This document shows positions 50,392-61,090 of a stretch of DNA of 64,000 nucleotides, one piece after another. The stretch is from assembly GCA_963809485.1 (NCBI GenBank), contig CAWEJX010000020.1, positions 288,001 through 352,000 on the forward strand. Reading direction: 5' to 3'. Position numbers and translations under genes: made by a program. How positions within the stretch are numbered: the stretch's first letter is position 1; each line of letters begins with the position of its first letter. The notes beneath the pieces were generated by a model, which did not search any database, had not been told where the DNA came from, and saw only the letters and a list, made by a program, of their open reading frames with translations. Source of the stretch: an uncultured Acidobacteriota bacterium (lineage in GTDB: Bacteria > Acidobacteriota > UBA6911).

Positions 50392-53300
50392 ATGAAAAAG
50401 CCGAAATTTGCCCGCATGGCATTTGCTCGTGCTGCCGGAATTATTATTTTGTTCGCCGTCTGCATCGTGCGGGCGCAGGATCCCGGCGATGCGCTCGAGC
50501 GTGGTTTTCACAATCCGCCGGACAGCGCCAAACCGCGCGTCTGGTGGCACTGGATGAACGGAAATATTACGAAAGAAGGAATCAAACTCGACCTGGAATG
50601 GATGAAGCGAACCGGGCTGGGCGGTTTTCAAAACTTCGATGCGGCCCTGGCTACTCCGCAAATCGTCGACAAGCGGCTCAGCTATATGACGCCCGAGTGG
50701 AAGGATGCGTTTCTCTATGCCGCCACGCTGGCGGATGAACTGGGCCTGGAAATGGCCATCGCGGGATCTCCGGGCTGGAGTGAGACCGGTGGTCCCTGGG
50801 TTCCGCCCGCGCAGGCGATGAAAAAGCTTGTGTGGAGCACCACCATGGTTGAAGGCGGGAAACCTTTCAATGGCGTGCTTCCCAAACCGCCATCCACAAC
50901 CGGACCCTTTCAAAATATCCCGCGCGACGAGGGATTCAGCCTGACCGGAACAACGCCTCCGCCTCTGCCGGAGTTTTACTCCGACAGCGCCGTCATCGCT
51001 TTCCTGTTGCCCGAGGTCGATATTCCAATGCCCGAATTGGATCCCAAGGTGGCCTCCAGCGGAGGCCGGTTTGATCTTGGGATGCTGACTGACGGCGACG
51101 TAGCCAAGGCATTGTCGCTCCCGCGCGCTCCCGCCGGCGAGAAAGCGTGGATCCGGTTCGAGTTCGAAAAACCTCAAACCATACGAGCCATCACTCTGGC
51201 AACGGGAAAAGCCGCAGGAATTTTTGATCTGATGATGCCCGGAGGCGAGGTCCGACGGGAACTCGAAGCCGGCGACGATGGCATTCGGTTCCAATCGATC
51301 GTGTCGATGCCGGATGGAGGCGCAGGAGAGCGAACCGTAGCATTTCCTCCCGTCACCGCCAGGTTTTTCCGCGTCTCATTTACCGTGCTCGGAACCGGCC
51401 CGAGGCCGCCGGAATGGTTTCCAGACTCAGGTTTGGAGGGCTTTCCCGCTCTGGCACCCTCCGCCGACCACAAAATCTCCGAACTGGTCCTGCACACGGG
51501 AGCCCGCGTGAATTGGTTCGAAGACAAAGCCGCCTTCACCACCGAACCCGATTTGAACGCTTTCCCGACGCCCGACGTGCCCTCTTCAGCGGCAGTGCCC
51601 AAGGTAAGCGTAATGGATCTGACATCCAGAATGACTCCGGATGGCCGATTGAATTGGGCGCCCCCGGATGGCCGATGGGTGGTTCTTCGTATGGGCTACT
51701 CGTTGACCGGCGCACGCAACTCCCCGGCTTCACCCGAAGCGACCGGATTGGAGGTGGACAAACTCAACCGCACTTATGTCAAAGCCTACCTCGACAATTA
51801 CCTGGGTTCCTACAAAGAAATACTTGGCGGCCTGATGGGAAAGCGCGGGCTGCAATACATGATCACGGACAGCTGGGAAGCCGGCGTGCAGAACTGGACG
51901 GACGACATGATGCAGGAGTTTTTCAGGCGCCGCGCATATGATCCGCGTCCCTGGCTGCCCGTTCTTTCAGGCTTCGTGGTGGAAAGCTCCGAAGCAAGTG
52001 ATGGTTTTCTCTGGGATTTCCGAAAAACAATTGGGGATCTGACCGTAGAAAATCACTATGGCCAGATTACCGACTCCTTACGCGAGCGCGGCATGGGACG
52101 CTATACCGAATCCCACGAATCGGGACGCGCCCTCATCGCGGACGGGATGGAAGTCAAACGCAACGCGGATATTCCCATGAGCGCCTATTGGACGCCGCGG
52201 CCAGGACTGGCCGCGGAACAGCCCGGCTACAATGCCGATGTCCGGGAATCCGCTTCGGTCGCTCATATCTATGGTCAGAACCTGGTAGCCGCCGAATCGT
52301 TGACGGCAGGAAGCGGAGCCTGGGGATGGTCCCCCGAAACCCTGAAGCCGACCGCCGACATCGAGATGGCGATGGGTTTGAACCGCTTCATCATTCACAC
52401 TTCGGTTCATCAGCCTCGCTCGGATAAGGTTCCAGGCCTGGGGCTCGGTCCGTTCGGCCAATGGTTCACCCGCCACGAAACATGGGCGGAGCAGGCGCAA
52501 CCCTGGATCGCCTATCTTTCGCGGAGCTCCTATATGCTCCAACAAGGCCGGTTTGCGGCCGACATCCTCTACTTCTACGGCGAGGACTCCAACATCACGG
52601 CCCTATTTGCGAACAAATACCCTGACGTGCCTTCAGGATACAGCTTTGACTTTATCAATGCAGATGCCCTGATAAATGAATTGACCGCTTCCGGAGGATT
52701 GATCACGACACAGAGCGGCATGGCCTATCGATTGCTGTTTTTGGATCGGCGATGCCGGCACATGAGCCTGCCGGTGCTGCGCAAGATCCGCAACCTGGTG
52801 CGCGCCGGGGCAACGATTGTGGGATACAAACCTGTCGGCAGTCCCAGCCTGAGCGACGATCCGGGGGAGTTTTTGTCGATTTCCGACGAAGTCTGGCGAT
52901 CCAGAGACGGAGAATATACCTACGGAAAGGGAAAGGTTTTTTCAGGCCGGGGGCTGGAAGAAGCACTGAACACTCTTCAGCTGGCGCCGGACTTTGAGTA
53001 TTCAAAGATTAAAGGCGATACGAAATTGCTTTTTGTCCATCGTAAGCTGGCTCAGGGGGACATTTACTGGGTCAACAACCGCAACAGCCGTGCGGAGAGC
53101 GTCGATGCAACTTTCAGAGTGCAAGGAATGGCACCTGAGCATCTGGCATCCAGACACGGGAAAAATCGAGCCCGCTTCCTATAGAATCGAGGAAGGGCGT
53201 ACAACTGTCCCGTTGAGCCTCGATCCCATGGATGCGCTGTTCGTCGTATTCCGGAAGCCCGCAAAGCAACAATCCTTGAACGTGCCGAAGTCAACTGAAA

Positions 53301-53794
53301 CAGCAGTCGCTGCCCTAGAAGGCTCCTGGGATGTGAGCTTTCAGCCGGGCCGAGGGGCTCCGGAAAAGATCAGGGTCGATGCGCTGAATTCATGGGCTGA
53401 CAGCGGCGATCCGGGTATGAAATATTTTTCCGGGACAGCCGCCTATGTCAAAAGCATCCAGGCGCCTGCCGGCTGGTTCGCCAAGGGAGCCCGCCTGTGG
53501 CTGGATCTTGGCAGCGTGAAAAATATCGCGGAGGTGACCATAAACGGCAAAGAGCTGGGGATAGTCTGGAAAACACCTTTCCGAATCGATATCACGGATG
53601 CATTGAAATCCGGCGAAAATTCGCTCGAAGTCAAGGTCACAAACCTCTGGGTTAACAGGCTGATCGGCGACCTCCAGCCCGGCGTCACCCCAAAATATAC
53701 CTACACGACCCAACCATTCTATCGGGCCAATTCGCCCCTGATCCCCTCGGGGCTTCTGGGTCCGGTGCGGATCCTTAGAACCACGATTAGGTGA
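50392..53794 (+). pseudogene. GH106 alpha-L-rhamnosidase-like glycoside hydrolase, split by a frameshift near 53140
   Basis: PRVWWHWMNGN, DSWEAG, AAES.T, GLNR..IH; the ORF 50392-53184 switches frame at MAPE|IWHPDTG and continues to SGLLGPV at 53794. Confidence 0.8.
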
Positions 53795-54132
53795 CCGACG
53801 CGACAGCACCTATGTTGTCAGGGTCAGCCTATCAGTCTTTTCATGTTGTTTGAATGAGTACGCCTATATCTTGGCATTGTTTTGGTTGATTATGATTGAA
53901 TATAAATTAATCTGCCAATATTTGCGTAAATTTTATCGGACTCTATCAATATCAGTCATCATTTCTTCTGAATTATCTGGTGGGATAAGATGAGAATAGG
54001 CGGTCGAAGCGGGAAAAAAGGAACCGGTGGGCGCGATTTCGACACTGCCGTTCCAGAAGCAAACGGAGAAAAGGACGCCTTGAGCAGGCCGCGCTGGCTT
54101 ATGGGAAGCGCCGAAGCCGGTGCTTAAAGGTT

Positions 54133-55008
54133 GTGCCCGAATCCATAGATCCGGAGACGGATCGTCTCTTTCACTCGCCAAAAGCAAAGGCCCTGAAGGA
54201 GGAGATCTGTGCCGTCGGCTGGAAACTGTGGCTGCGAAGCTACGTGGACGGCAACGGCGGCAACATCTCCTGCCGGATCGGCAAAAACGCAGTGATCTGC
54301 ACTCCAACGCTCCTGAGCAAGGCCGACCTGAAACCTGAAGATCTTTGCCTCGTGGACCTCGACGGGAATCAGCTTGCGGGCAATTTGCCGCGCACCAGCG
54401 AGGTTTTTCTTCATACCGAAATATACAAAAATGCGCCCCGGGCCCGGGCCGTGGTCCACTGCAATCCGCCGCACGCGACCGCCTATGCCATCACCGGGTG
54501 CATTCCGCCTCTGGCGGTCATTCCGGAATTCGATGTTTTTATAGGCAGCGTCGCCATCACCCCCTACGAGACTCCCGGCACAAAAAAGTTTGCCGAAACC
54601 GTCATCCCGTTCGTGCGAAACCACAACACCATCCTGCTGGGAAATCATGGAATCGTCTGCTGGGCGGATACGCCCACTCACGCCGAGTGGTATGCCGAAA
54701 ATCTCGAGACCTATTGCTGGACGCTGCTGATCAGCCGGCAGCTTGGAGTCTCATATGCCCGGATTCCCCGCGAAAAGGAACGGGATCTGCTTGCCATCAA
54801 AAAGCGCCTGGGACTTCCCGATGCTCGCTTTGACATGCCCAAAGGCTCATTATCCGCCAATTCCCAGTCATCCGGCGAAATCGCATTGTCTCCCGCTGAA
54901 TCAAACAGGTCCGGACGCTCTTCCGCCAAATCGCCCGATAAGGACCGGATAGAATCCATCATCAGATCTGCCGTCGACGCGGCGATCGCGGCAATGAGGC
55001 GCAAATAG
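54133..55008 (+). CDS. Class II aldolase/adducin family protein (fuculose/rhamnulose-phosphate aldolase-like)
   Basis: GNGGNIS, TPT..SK, TSE...H..IY, VVH, LLGNHG. Confidence 0.88.
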   Translation: MPESIDPETDRLFHSPKAKALKEEICAVGWKLWLRSYVDGNGGNISCRIGKNAVICTPTLLSKADLKPEDLCLVDLDGNQLAGNLPRTSEVFLHTEIYKNAPRARAVVHCNPPHATAYAITGCIPPLAVIPEFDVFIGSVAITPYETPGTKKFAETVIPFVRNHNTILLGNHGIVCWADTPTHAEWYAENLETYCWTLLISRQLGVSYARIPREKERDLLAIKKRLGLPDARFDMPKGSLSANSQSSGEIALSPAESNRSGRSSAKSPDKDRIESIIRSAVDAAIAAMRRK

Positions 55009-55038
55009 GATCCTCCAATGAAAGCCGCACAAAGGCCG

Positions 55039-55566
55039 CTAAATTTTTCCCAAAGCCTTGAGGACTCTGTCCGGAGTGATCGGGAAATCAAAAACCCATT
55101 TGCCGATTGCATTGTAAACGGCGCCGCAGGTAATTCCGGACATGGAGGCGCCCGCATCCTCGCCGACGCCGCACGCGCCGTAGGAAGAATACCCTAAATG
55201 GCTTTCGTTCAAGATGCAGGCAACGGCCGGATAATCGCTCACTTCCGGCAGCGTAAGAATATTAAAGGCGTTGCTTACATAGGGCCCCGTTACGTTGTCC
55301 CGGGCGATGTCCGGATCATCGTACCGGAGTATGTCCCTGACACCCTCGAGCTTCGCAGCCCTGCTCTTATCCATGCGCACGATTTTCGAATGCGCATAGG
55401 GCGAGGTCAGGATTTTCGCGTAAAGCATGCCGGGCAGATATACGTCCCGGGTATAAACTGCCTGTCCACTAACCCTGTCCCGTCCATCCTGACGGCTCAA
55501 ATGACGTTTCCCGTCGACTCCGCCTTGGGGCACTGTCCATTTCCAAGGTTGCCACTGCTCTGTCAT
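55039..55566 (-). pseudogene. Xanthine dehydrogenase-family molybdopterin subunit with a large in-frame internal deletion
   Basis: N-terminal R.DG..RVSG.A.Y..D..LPGMLYAKIL.SPYAH joined directly to the C-terminal GACGVGE...AVYNAIG....PITPDRVLKAL in only 175 aa. Confidence 0.78.
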
Positions 55567-55923
55567 ACAATCCTCCGTCGCCGCAGGAACATTTACCAGT
55601 CGCCAGGGATTCAACCGAATTGCCGGCATTAGCCGGCCAGTTCAGATTCGCGCAATGCATCTCCATGCACTTCACCGGCAGGCGTGGGATAAGCCACCTA
55701 TTCGCATTACTCGCTGCCGTTGCTGGCCAGCGATTGTAGCATTCTCCGCTCGCCTGCACGCAAGTGTTTTGCCCGGGTATGCGACATGCAGGTTCGCGAG
55801 TGTCTGGGAATCCGTCAGCCCGATTGGGTGTCGCCAAAAAGCGGTTGGATGCACTCCACCGGAATTAAGACGCTGATCCTCACACTCATTCTTAGTGTTC
55901 TTCAGGGTATGCAGGTAGCTATT

Positions 55924-56355
55924 TTAGCCTGGAGTTGGCAAGCTTTGTGAGTCGCCCGGCAAAAGCGGGATTGCCGAGGCTTTTCCCACGCGGAATGAAT
56001 CCTTCACTCCGGTTGGGTTGGATTCGGGATTATGACGGGCCGGTTGCGGCGCCGGGGAGACAGGCAGAGCATCCGGCATTACGAGCCAGGCTACGAAATA
56101 GCCGATGAAAGCCGGCAAAAGAGGAACAGGCATAATTACGGCCAATACCCAGATCAGGCGGACGATCGTTGAGTCGATTTCGAAATACTCGGCTATGCCG
56201 CCGCATACGCCCGCGATCTTGCGATCCGTGGCCGACCGCCTCAGTTTTCTTGAGGCCCGCGGCGTCCCGTCGGGGGATACAGTCTGACGCATGCCGCAGA
56301 AATAGCAAAAATTTGAATAATCGGCAATCTCTCTCTGACAGTGTGTGCAAATCAT
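55924..56355 (-). CDS. pspC: PspC domain protein with an N-terminal zinc ribbon
   Basis: CTHC...FCYFCG; RSATDRKIAGVCGGIAEYF..D.T.VRL; YFVAWLVMP. Confidence 0.85.
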   Translation of the reverse strand: MICTHCQREIADYSNFCYFCGMRQTVSPDGTPRASRKLRRSATDRKIAGVCGGIAEYFEIDSTIVRLIWVLAVIMPVPLLPAFIGYFVAWLVMPDALPVSPAPQPARHNPESNPTGVKDSFRVGKASAIPLLPGDSQSLPTPG

Positions 56356-56640
56356 GTTCTGTCCTCCCCGGAGCGCCCAAATGTCCTTCGCTCATTCTCA
56401 TATACGACCGCGCGACCAAAAAGTTCCATCGCGCAAAAGCATGCAAGGGAATAGAATAGAAAGCAAATCCGCCGAGGCTGATTCGGCCGCTGGAGATATG
56501 GCCGCTGTGATCCGGACACCGGCAGAGCCGGCGGCCGTTGAATCGGGGCAGGTCGGCAATCGAGGGCATCGGAGCTGTCAAACTATGTTCATGTCCTAAA
56601 ACAGCCAGGAGGCTGCAAAGGTTTTTCCAAATCGCGTTTC

Positions 56641-56654
56641 TTGACCTGGATCAA
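56641..56654. promoter_or_regulatory. CRP/FNR-family (FNR/DNR/NnrR) binding box upstream of qNor
   Basis: TTGAC-CTGG-ATCAA against the consensus TTGAT-N4-ATCAA, in the pspC/nor divergent intergenic region. Confidence 0.68.
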
Positions 56655-56898
56655 GGATTTGCATTCGCCTTCGATCCAGCATGAAACCTGAATTCAGGCA
56701 GACATTGAAGCGAGTTCGATATCCACGGCTGAATGGGGAGGCGGCTGCGTTGGGGCTTCCGAAATCTGAAACTTGCGCCATACGGCAAAGCCTCCATAAG
56801 TTTGGCCGTCAAGGTTGGCGGTTTCCTCAAACAGGTGGTTTGGGAACCGGCTGACCGGAGCCTTCAGATCAGTGCAATCAGGAAGGGAGATAAACGAG

Positions 56899-59133
56899 AT
56901 GTCGACTAAGACACTAAAGACAGCGGCGATTGTCTGCTTTGTTGTGGCAATGGGAGGACTTCTCCTGGGCGGTTTTTTTGCCAACCGTGAGGCGCCGCCT
57001 TATCCCGGCCGAGTCGCAGGTCCTGATAAAGCAACGCTTTTTACCAAAGCGGATATCCTGGCCGGACAGGACATATACCAGCGTTACGGGCTGATGGATC
57101 ACGGAAGTGTCTGGGGGCACGGTTCTCAGCGCGGGATGGAGTTCTCAGCGTTGACGTTGCACAAGATTACCGAAAGGGTGCAGGAGGACTTTTCCAGCAG
57201 AGTCTACGGGCATCCGTACAACTCGCTTGCGGCCGAAGAATGCGATCTCGTGGACGTCCGGACCCGGCGCCTTATTAAGGAGAACGGCTATGATCCTGCC
57301 TCCGATACTCTTCGCCTGAGCGCAGCCCAGGCGGCTGCGCTGACGGATATCGAGGATCTTTGGGAACGGACATTCCGGGATGGCGACACTAATTATGGGT
57401 TCCTTCCAGGAACAATCCCTACTGCGGAAGATCGAAAACAAATCAGCCGTTTCTTCTTCTGGACCGCCTGGGTCGCGTCCGCTGCCCGTCCCGGAGCCGA
57501 CTTCAGCTACACGAACAATTGGCCTCCGGATCGCGCGGCGGGCAATGTTGCGACGACGCAAACCTATATATGGAGCGTCGGGGGCATCATCTCGCTGTTT
57601 GTGACTCTCGGCCTCTTTATCTTCTGGATTCACCGCGATCGGCTTTGGTATGGGAAACCCGTGGGCGTTCCGCTTGCGGAAAAGCTCGTGGATATGCCCC
57701 TGACATCGAGTCAAATCAAGGCTGCGAAATACTTTCTGGTTGTCATACTGCTGTTCCTTCTTCAGACGTCCTTTGGCGGCCTGCTCGCACACTATACGGT
57801 CCACCCGGGCAGCTTTTACATTCCCTTTATAGGGAAGCTAATTCCTTACAGCTGGGCAAAGTCCTGGCACCTGCAGCTTGCCATATTCTGGATCGCCACA
57901 ACATGGGTGGCTTCAGCCATCTATCTGGCTCCGATTATCGGGGGACGCGAGCCGCGCGGGCAAGGCGTGCTGGTTCAGCTGCTTTTCGGCGCTATCTTGG
58001 TGGTTGCGGTAGGAAGTCTCGCCGGCGAAGTTGCAGGCATCAAAGGGATGCTGGGCAACCTGTGGTTCTGGCTCGGGCACCAGGGCTGGGAATATCTCGA
58101 GTTGGGCAGGCTGTGGCAGATACTCCTTTTTATAGGGCTGCTTGCCTGGCTGTTTATTGTTTATCGTGCCGTCGGGAAACGGTCGTCCCAGACTGACGAC
58201 CCGGACTTCAGAAGCCTCATCACCTTCTATGTGCTGAGTGCCATCCTGGTTGTCGTCTTCTTTGCCTTCGGTCTGCTGTTCAGCCGCGGGTCGCATCTGA
58301 CGGTAGCCGATTACTGGCGATGGTTTGTGGTTCATATCTGGGTCGAAAGCATCTTCGAATTCTTCGGCGTCGCCGTGATCTCTGTTCTCCTGGTCGCCAT
58401 GGGTCTGGCTTCGGCCGCGGGCGCGCTTCGGGTTGCCTACTTCACAGCCGCTCTTGTGTTCCTCAGCGGAATTCTCGGTACCGCGCATCACTACTTCTGG
58501 TATGGAGGCCCTTCGCTCTGGCTGGCGATAGGATCGGTTTTTTCCAGCATGGAGCCGGTGCCATTGTTTGGACTGGTTGTGCGCGGCCTGATGGAATACA
58601 GGTCCATTAGGGAAAAGGGCGGGAGTTTTTCCTACAAATGGCCCATGTATTTTCTGGTTGCCAGTTCTTTCTGGAATTTCCTCGGAGCCGGCGTCTTCGG
58701 ATTTCTGATCAACCTTCCGATGGTCAACTATTTCGAGCACGGCACCTATCTTACGGTCAACCACGCGCATGGAGCGCTTTTCGGAGTGTACGGCATGCTG
58801 TCCATCGCGCTGCTGCTGTTTTCCTGGCGCGGCATGGTGGACCGCAAATACTGGTCGGATGGGCCGCTGAAAATCTCCTTCTGGGGATTCAACATCGGCC
58901 TGTTTATTATGACCGTGTTCACGCTGTTTCCGATTGGAATACCCCAGGCTTGGACAAGTTACAGAGAGGGGCTCTGGGTAGCCCGGGACGCGAGCTTCTT
59001 CGAGAGGCCTTTCGTGTCGATCGTCGGCCAGCTCAGGATTGTGCCCGACACGATCATTATCGTTTTGGGAGTTCTTCCGCTCGTCTATTTCCTGTTCAAG
59101 ACATACCCTCGACTGAAAAAGCAGATCCCGTAA
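56899..59133 (+). CDS. norB: Quinol-dependent nitric oxide reductase (qNor)
   Basis: GSVWGHG, SYTNNWP, WHLQ, GHQGWEYLELGR, WFVVHIWVE, GTAHH, NHAHGALFGVYG. Confidence 0.93.
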   Translation: MSTKTLKTAAIVCFVVAMGGLLLGGFFANREAPPYPGRVAGPDKATLFTKADILAGQDIYQRYGLMDHGSVWGHGSQRGMEFSALTLHKITERVQEDFSSRVYGHPYNSLAAEECDLVDVRTRRLIKENGYDPASDTLRLSAAQAAALTDIEDLWERTFRDGDTNYGFLPGTIPTAEDRKQISRFFFWTAWVASAARPGADFSYTNNWPPDRAAGNVATTQTYIWSVGGIISLFVTLGLFIFWIHRDRLWYGKPVGVPLAEKLVDMPLTSSQIKAAKYFLVVILLFLLQTSFGGLLAHYTVHPGSFYIPFIGKLIPYSWAKSWHLQLAIFWIATTWVASAIYLAPIIGGREPRGQGVLVQLLFGAILVVAVGSLAGEVAGIKGMLGNLWFWLGHQGWEYLELGRLWQILLFIGLLAWLFIVYRAVGKRSSQTDDPDFRSLITFYVLSAILVVVFFAFGLLFSRGSHLTVADYWRWFVVHIWVESIFEFFGVAVISVLLVAMGLASAAGALRVAYFTAALVFLSGILGTAHHYFWYGGPSLWLAIGSVFSSMEPVPLFGLVVRGLMEYRSIREKGGSFSYKWPMYFLVASSFWNFLGAGVFGFLINLPMVNYFEHGTYLTVNHAHGALFGVYGMLSIALLLFSWRGMVDRKYWSDGPLKISFWGFNIGLFIMTVFTLFPIGIPQAWTSYREGLWVARDASFFERPFVSIVGQLRIVPDTIIIVLGVLPLVYFLFKTYPRLKKQIP

Positions 59134-59595
59134 TGGATGCGGTCGGCTGGGGCACGCTGAGGATTGACGGCAACAGGAACGGGAAATATATGGATTTTGA
59201 TCACAAAAAACATAAACTACTGGCTGGCAGCGGGGAGGCAGGCTGCAGGACCTGCCATCATTTGAGCAGGCCGAACGACGGGCCGTCCTCATGCTGCGGA
59301 TGTCACACATCCATGGAAACATCCGCGCCTATTTTCAATCACAGCTTGCATGCAAAACTTCATTCCGGGAATTCGTGCCGGGAATGCCACAATACGGGCA
59401 AGAGGCAGGGACAGGATGTGAAAGCCTGCGGTTCGTGCCATGCAGAGTATCCGAACAGCAACCAGTTTTACATGAAAGTCCGGGGATACAAGCCGGCACT
59501 GCATGGATAATGCGCGGGATGTCACTAAAATGGACCAAAGAATACGGAAAGGAAGGCTTTGCAGTTGCACTTTTTGCCATGAGAACAGGCAATAA
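59133..59595 (+). pseudogene. Degraded cytochrome c3-like multiheme protein
   Basis: CRTCH, CCGCH, CRECH and CGSCH precede the TAA at 59508-59510; CAGCH follows in frame after that stop and CTFCH after a further frameshift; no signal peptide. Confidence 0.68.
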
Positions 59596-59703
59596 CGGAT
59601 ACTACCCATCGCACCCGGCGGACCGCAGCGAAGGCAGTGCCGGCTCGGCATTCGCTGATCACCTGCATGCTGCCGAGATGGCGAATTGAAAGTGAGGGAT
59701 ACG

Positions 59704-61068
59704 ATGAGAAGAAACCGCAGCCTGATTCCATTGCTGACCGTCGTCTGCCTGTTCTGGCACAGCGGGAATTTCTGTTTTTCGCAGGAATCCATCCCAAGGG
59801 CTCAGAAGGGGCTTCACAAATATGAAGCATTTGAGTCATCCGCTCAATGTGCTGTTTGCCACCAGCAGATATCGGTTCAATACCAGCAATCGGCAATGGC
59901 GAAATCGCAGGTGCTTCCCTGGGACCAGGCTGAATACTTCCAGCTTGCAATCCCCCATACCAGGATTGAAGCAAAAGTCGCTCCGGTGGAAGCCGGATGC
60001 ATCAACTGCCATGCTCCGCAAGCCTTCCTGGCTGGAGATATCCCGCCTCCGGAAGCGGGGAAAGCGGACCCGAAAGCCGATGGAGTTTCATGCGACCTTT
60101 GTCATTCCATCGTCGGGCTCGATGGCGATACTCCGGTCAACGGCAATTTTGCCGTCAAACCGGGCAAGGTCAAGTTCGGCACCAGAAAGGATGCGAAGTC
60201 TATGGGACATGAGACCCAGTACTCATCCTTTCACGAAAGCTCAAAGCTGTGCGGGACATGCCACGACGAGACCAGCCCCTATGGAGCCTGGGTCAAGGAG
60301 ACCTATAGGGAATGGAGCAGCAGCCCTTATCCAAACGCCAACGTGAATTGCGTGGATTGCCATGTCCCCCCTGCCCCCGGTAAGGCCTCAAGCATAGGGA
60401 GCGAGCGGCCTGACGTTGCCCAGCACCTGTTCCAGGGGGCTTATTCGCAGGCAATGCTGAATGGGGCGGCAACGCTGCACATTTATCCGCTCGGCAAGGA
60501 TATCCGCGCCGGAGAGCCTTTTGAAATAATGGTGGTTGTCGCCAATAATCGAGCCGGGCACCGGATACCCACAGGATCCGCGGAAGAAAGGCAGCTTTGG
60601 CTTCGTTTGGAGGCGCGCGACGCCGGCGGGAAGACCTATCATATTCCTGCGAGCCTCGCTCCGGGAGATGCACATGAAAAAAGCTACAGTGTGACCACAA
60701 ACAGGCCCGCCTATAAGGATCTTGGCGAAATCATGGGCATGAAGGGCTTTCAGGGAATTGCCAGGGACTCGCTGCCGGAGGGCGACCGCCTGTTCCGAAA
60801 GGTCTTTCTGAATCCGAAGGGAGAAGAGACAATCGCTCAATGGTATTCGGAAAAAACGGACGTTTTTGACAACAGGTTGAAGCCTTTTGTTTCCGTTGCA
60901 GAGCAATATGTTTGGAATGTGCCCGCCGCCATGGCTAAAGGAACCGTTACAATCACGGCAACGCTCAATTACCGAAGGCTTCCTCAATCTGTGGCCGACC
61001 TGGTGAAGATCGGAAATGTCCCCATTCTTCATGTCGCATCGAGCCAGACAGTCGTGGAACTGAAGTAG
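59704..61068 (+). CDS. Secreted pentaheme cytochrome c (c554-like family) with a C-terminal beta-sandwich region
   Basis: Signal peptide; CAVCH, CINCH, CDLCH, CGTCH, CVDCH; N..AGH.IPTG. Confidence 0.85.
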   Translation: MRRNRSLIPLLTVVCLFWHSGNFCFSQESIPRAQKGLHKYEAFESSAQCAVCHQQISVQYQQSAMAKSQVLPWDQAEYFQLAIPHTRIEAKVAPVEAGCINCHAPQAFLAGDIPPPEAGKADPKADGVSCDLCHSIVGLDGDTPVNGNFAVKPGKVKFGTRKDAKSMGHETQYSSFHESSKLCGTCHDETSPYGAWVKETYREWSSSPYPNANVNCVDCHVPPAPGKASSIGSERPDVAQHLFQGAYSQAMLNGAATLHIYPLGKDIRAGEPFEIMVVVANNRAGHRIPTGSAEERQLWLRLEARDAGGKTYHIPASLAPGDAHEKSYSVTTNRPAYKDLGEIMGMKGFQGIARDSLPEGDRLFRKVFLNPKGEETIAQWYSEKTDVFDNRLKPFVSVAEQYVWNVPAAMAKGTVTITATLNYRRLPQSVADLVKIGNVPILHVASSQTVVELK

Positions 61069-61090
61069 CCGTCATCGAAAGGAGTCTGAT

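Noticed and set aside
53872-53887. Possible sigma54 promoter upstream of the class II aldolase
   Set aside because: TGGCAT-N5-TTGG lacks the conserved -12 GC, which is too weak to call
56899-59133. Possible NO dismutase (Nod) rather than qNor
   Set aside because: The canonical active-site His and Glu residues (HIWVE..FE, GTAHH, MEPVP) are retained
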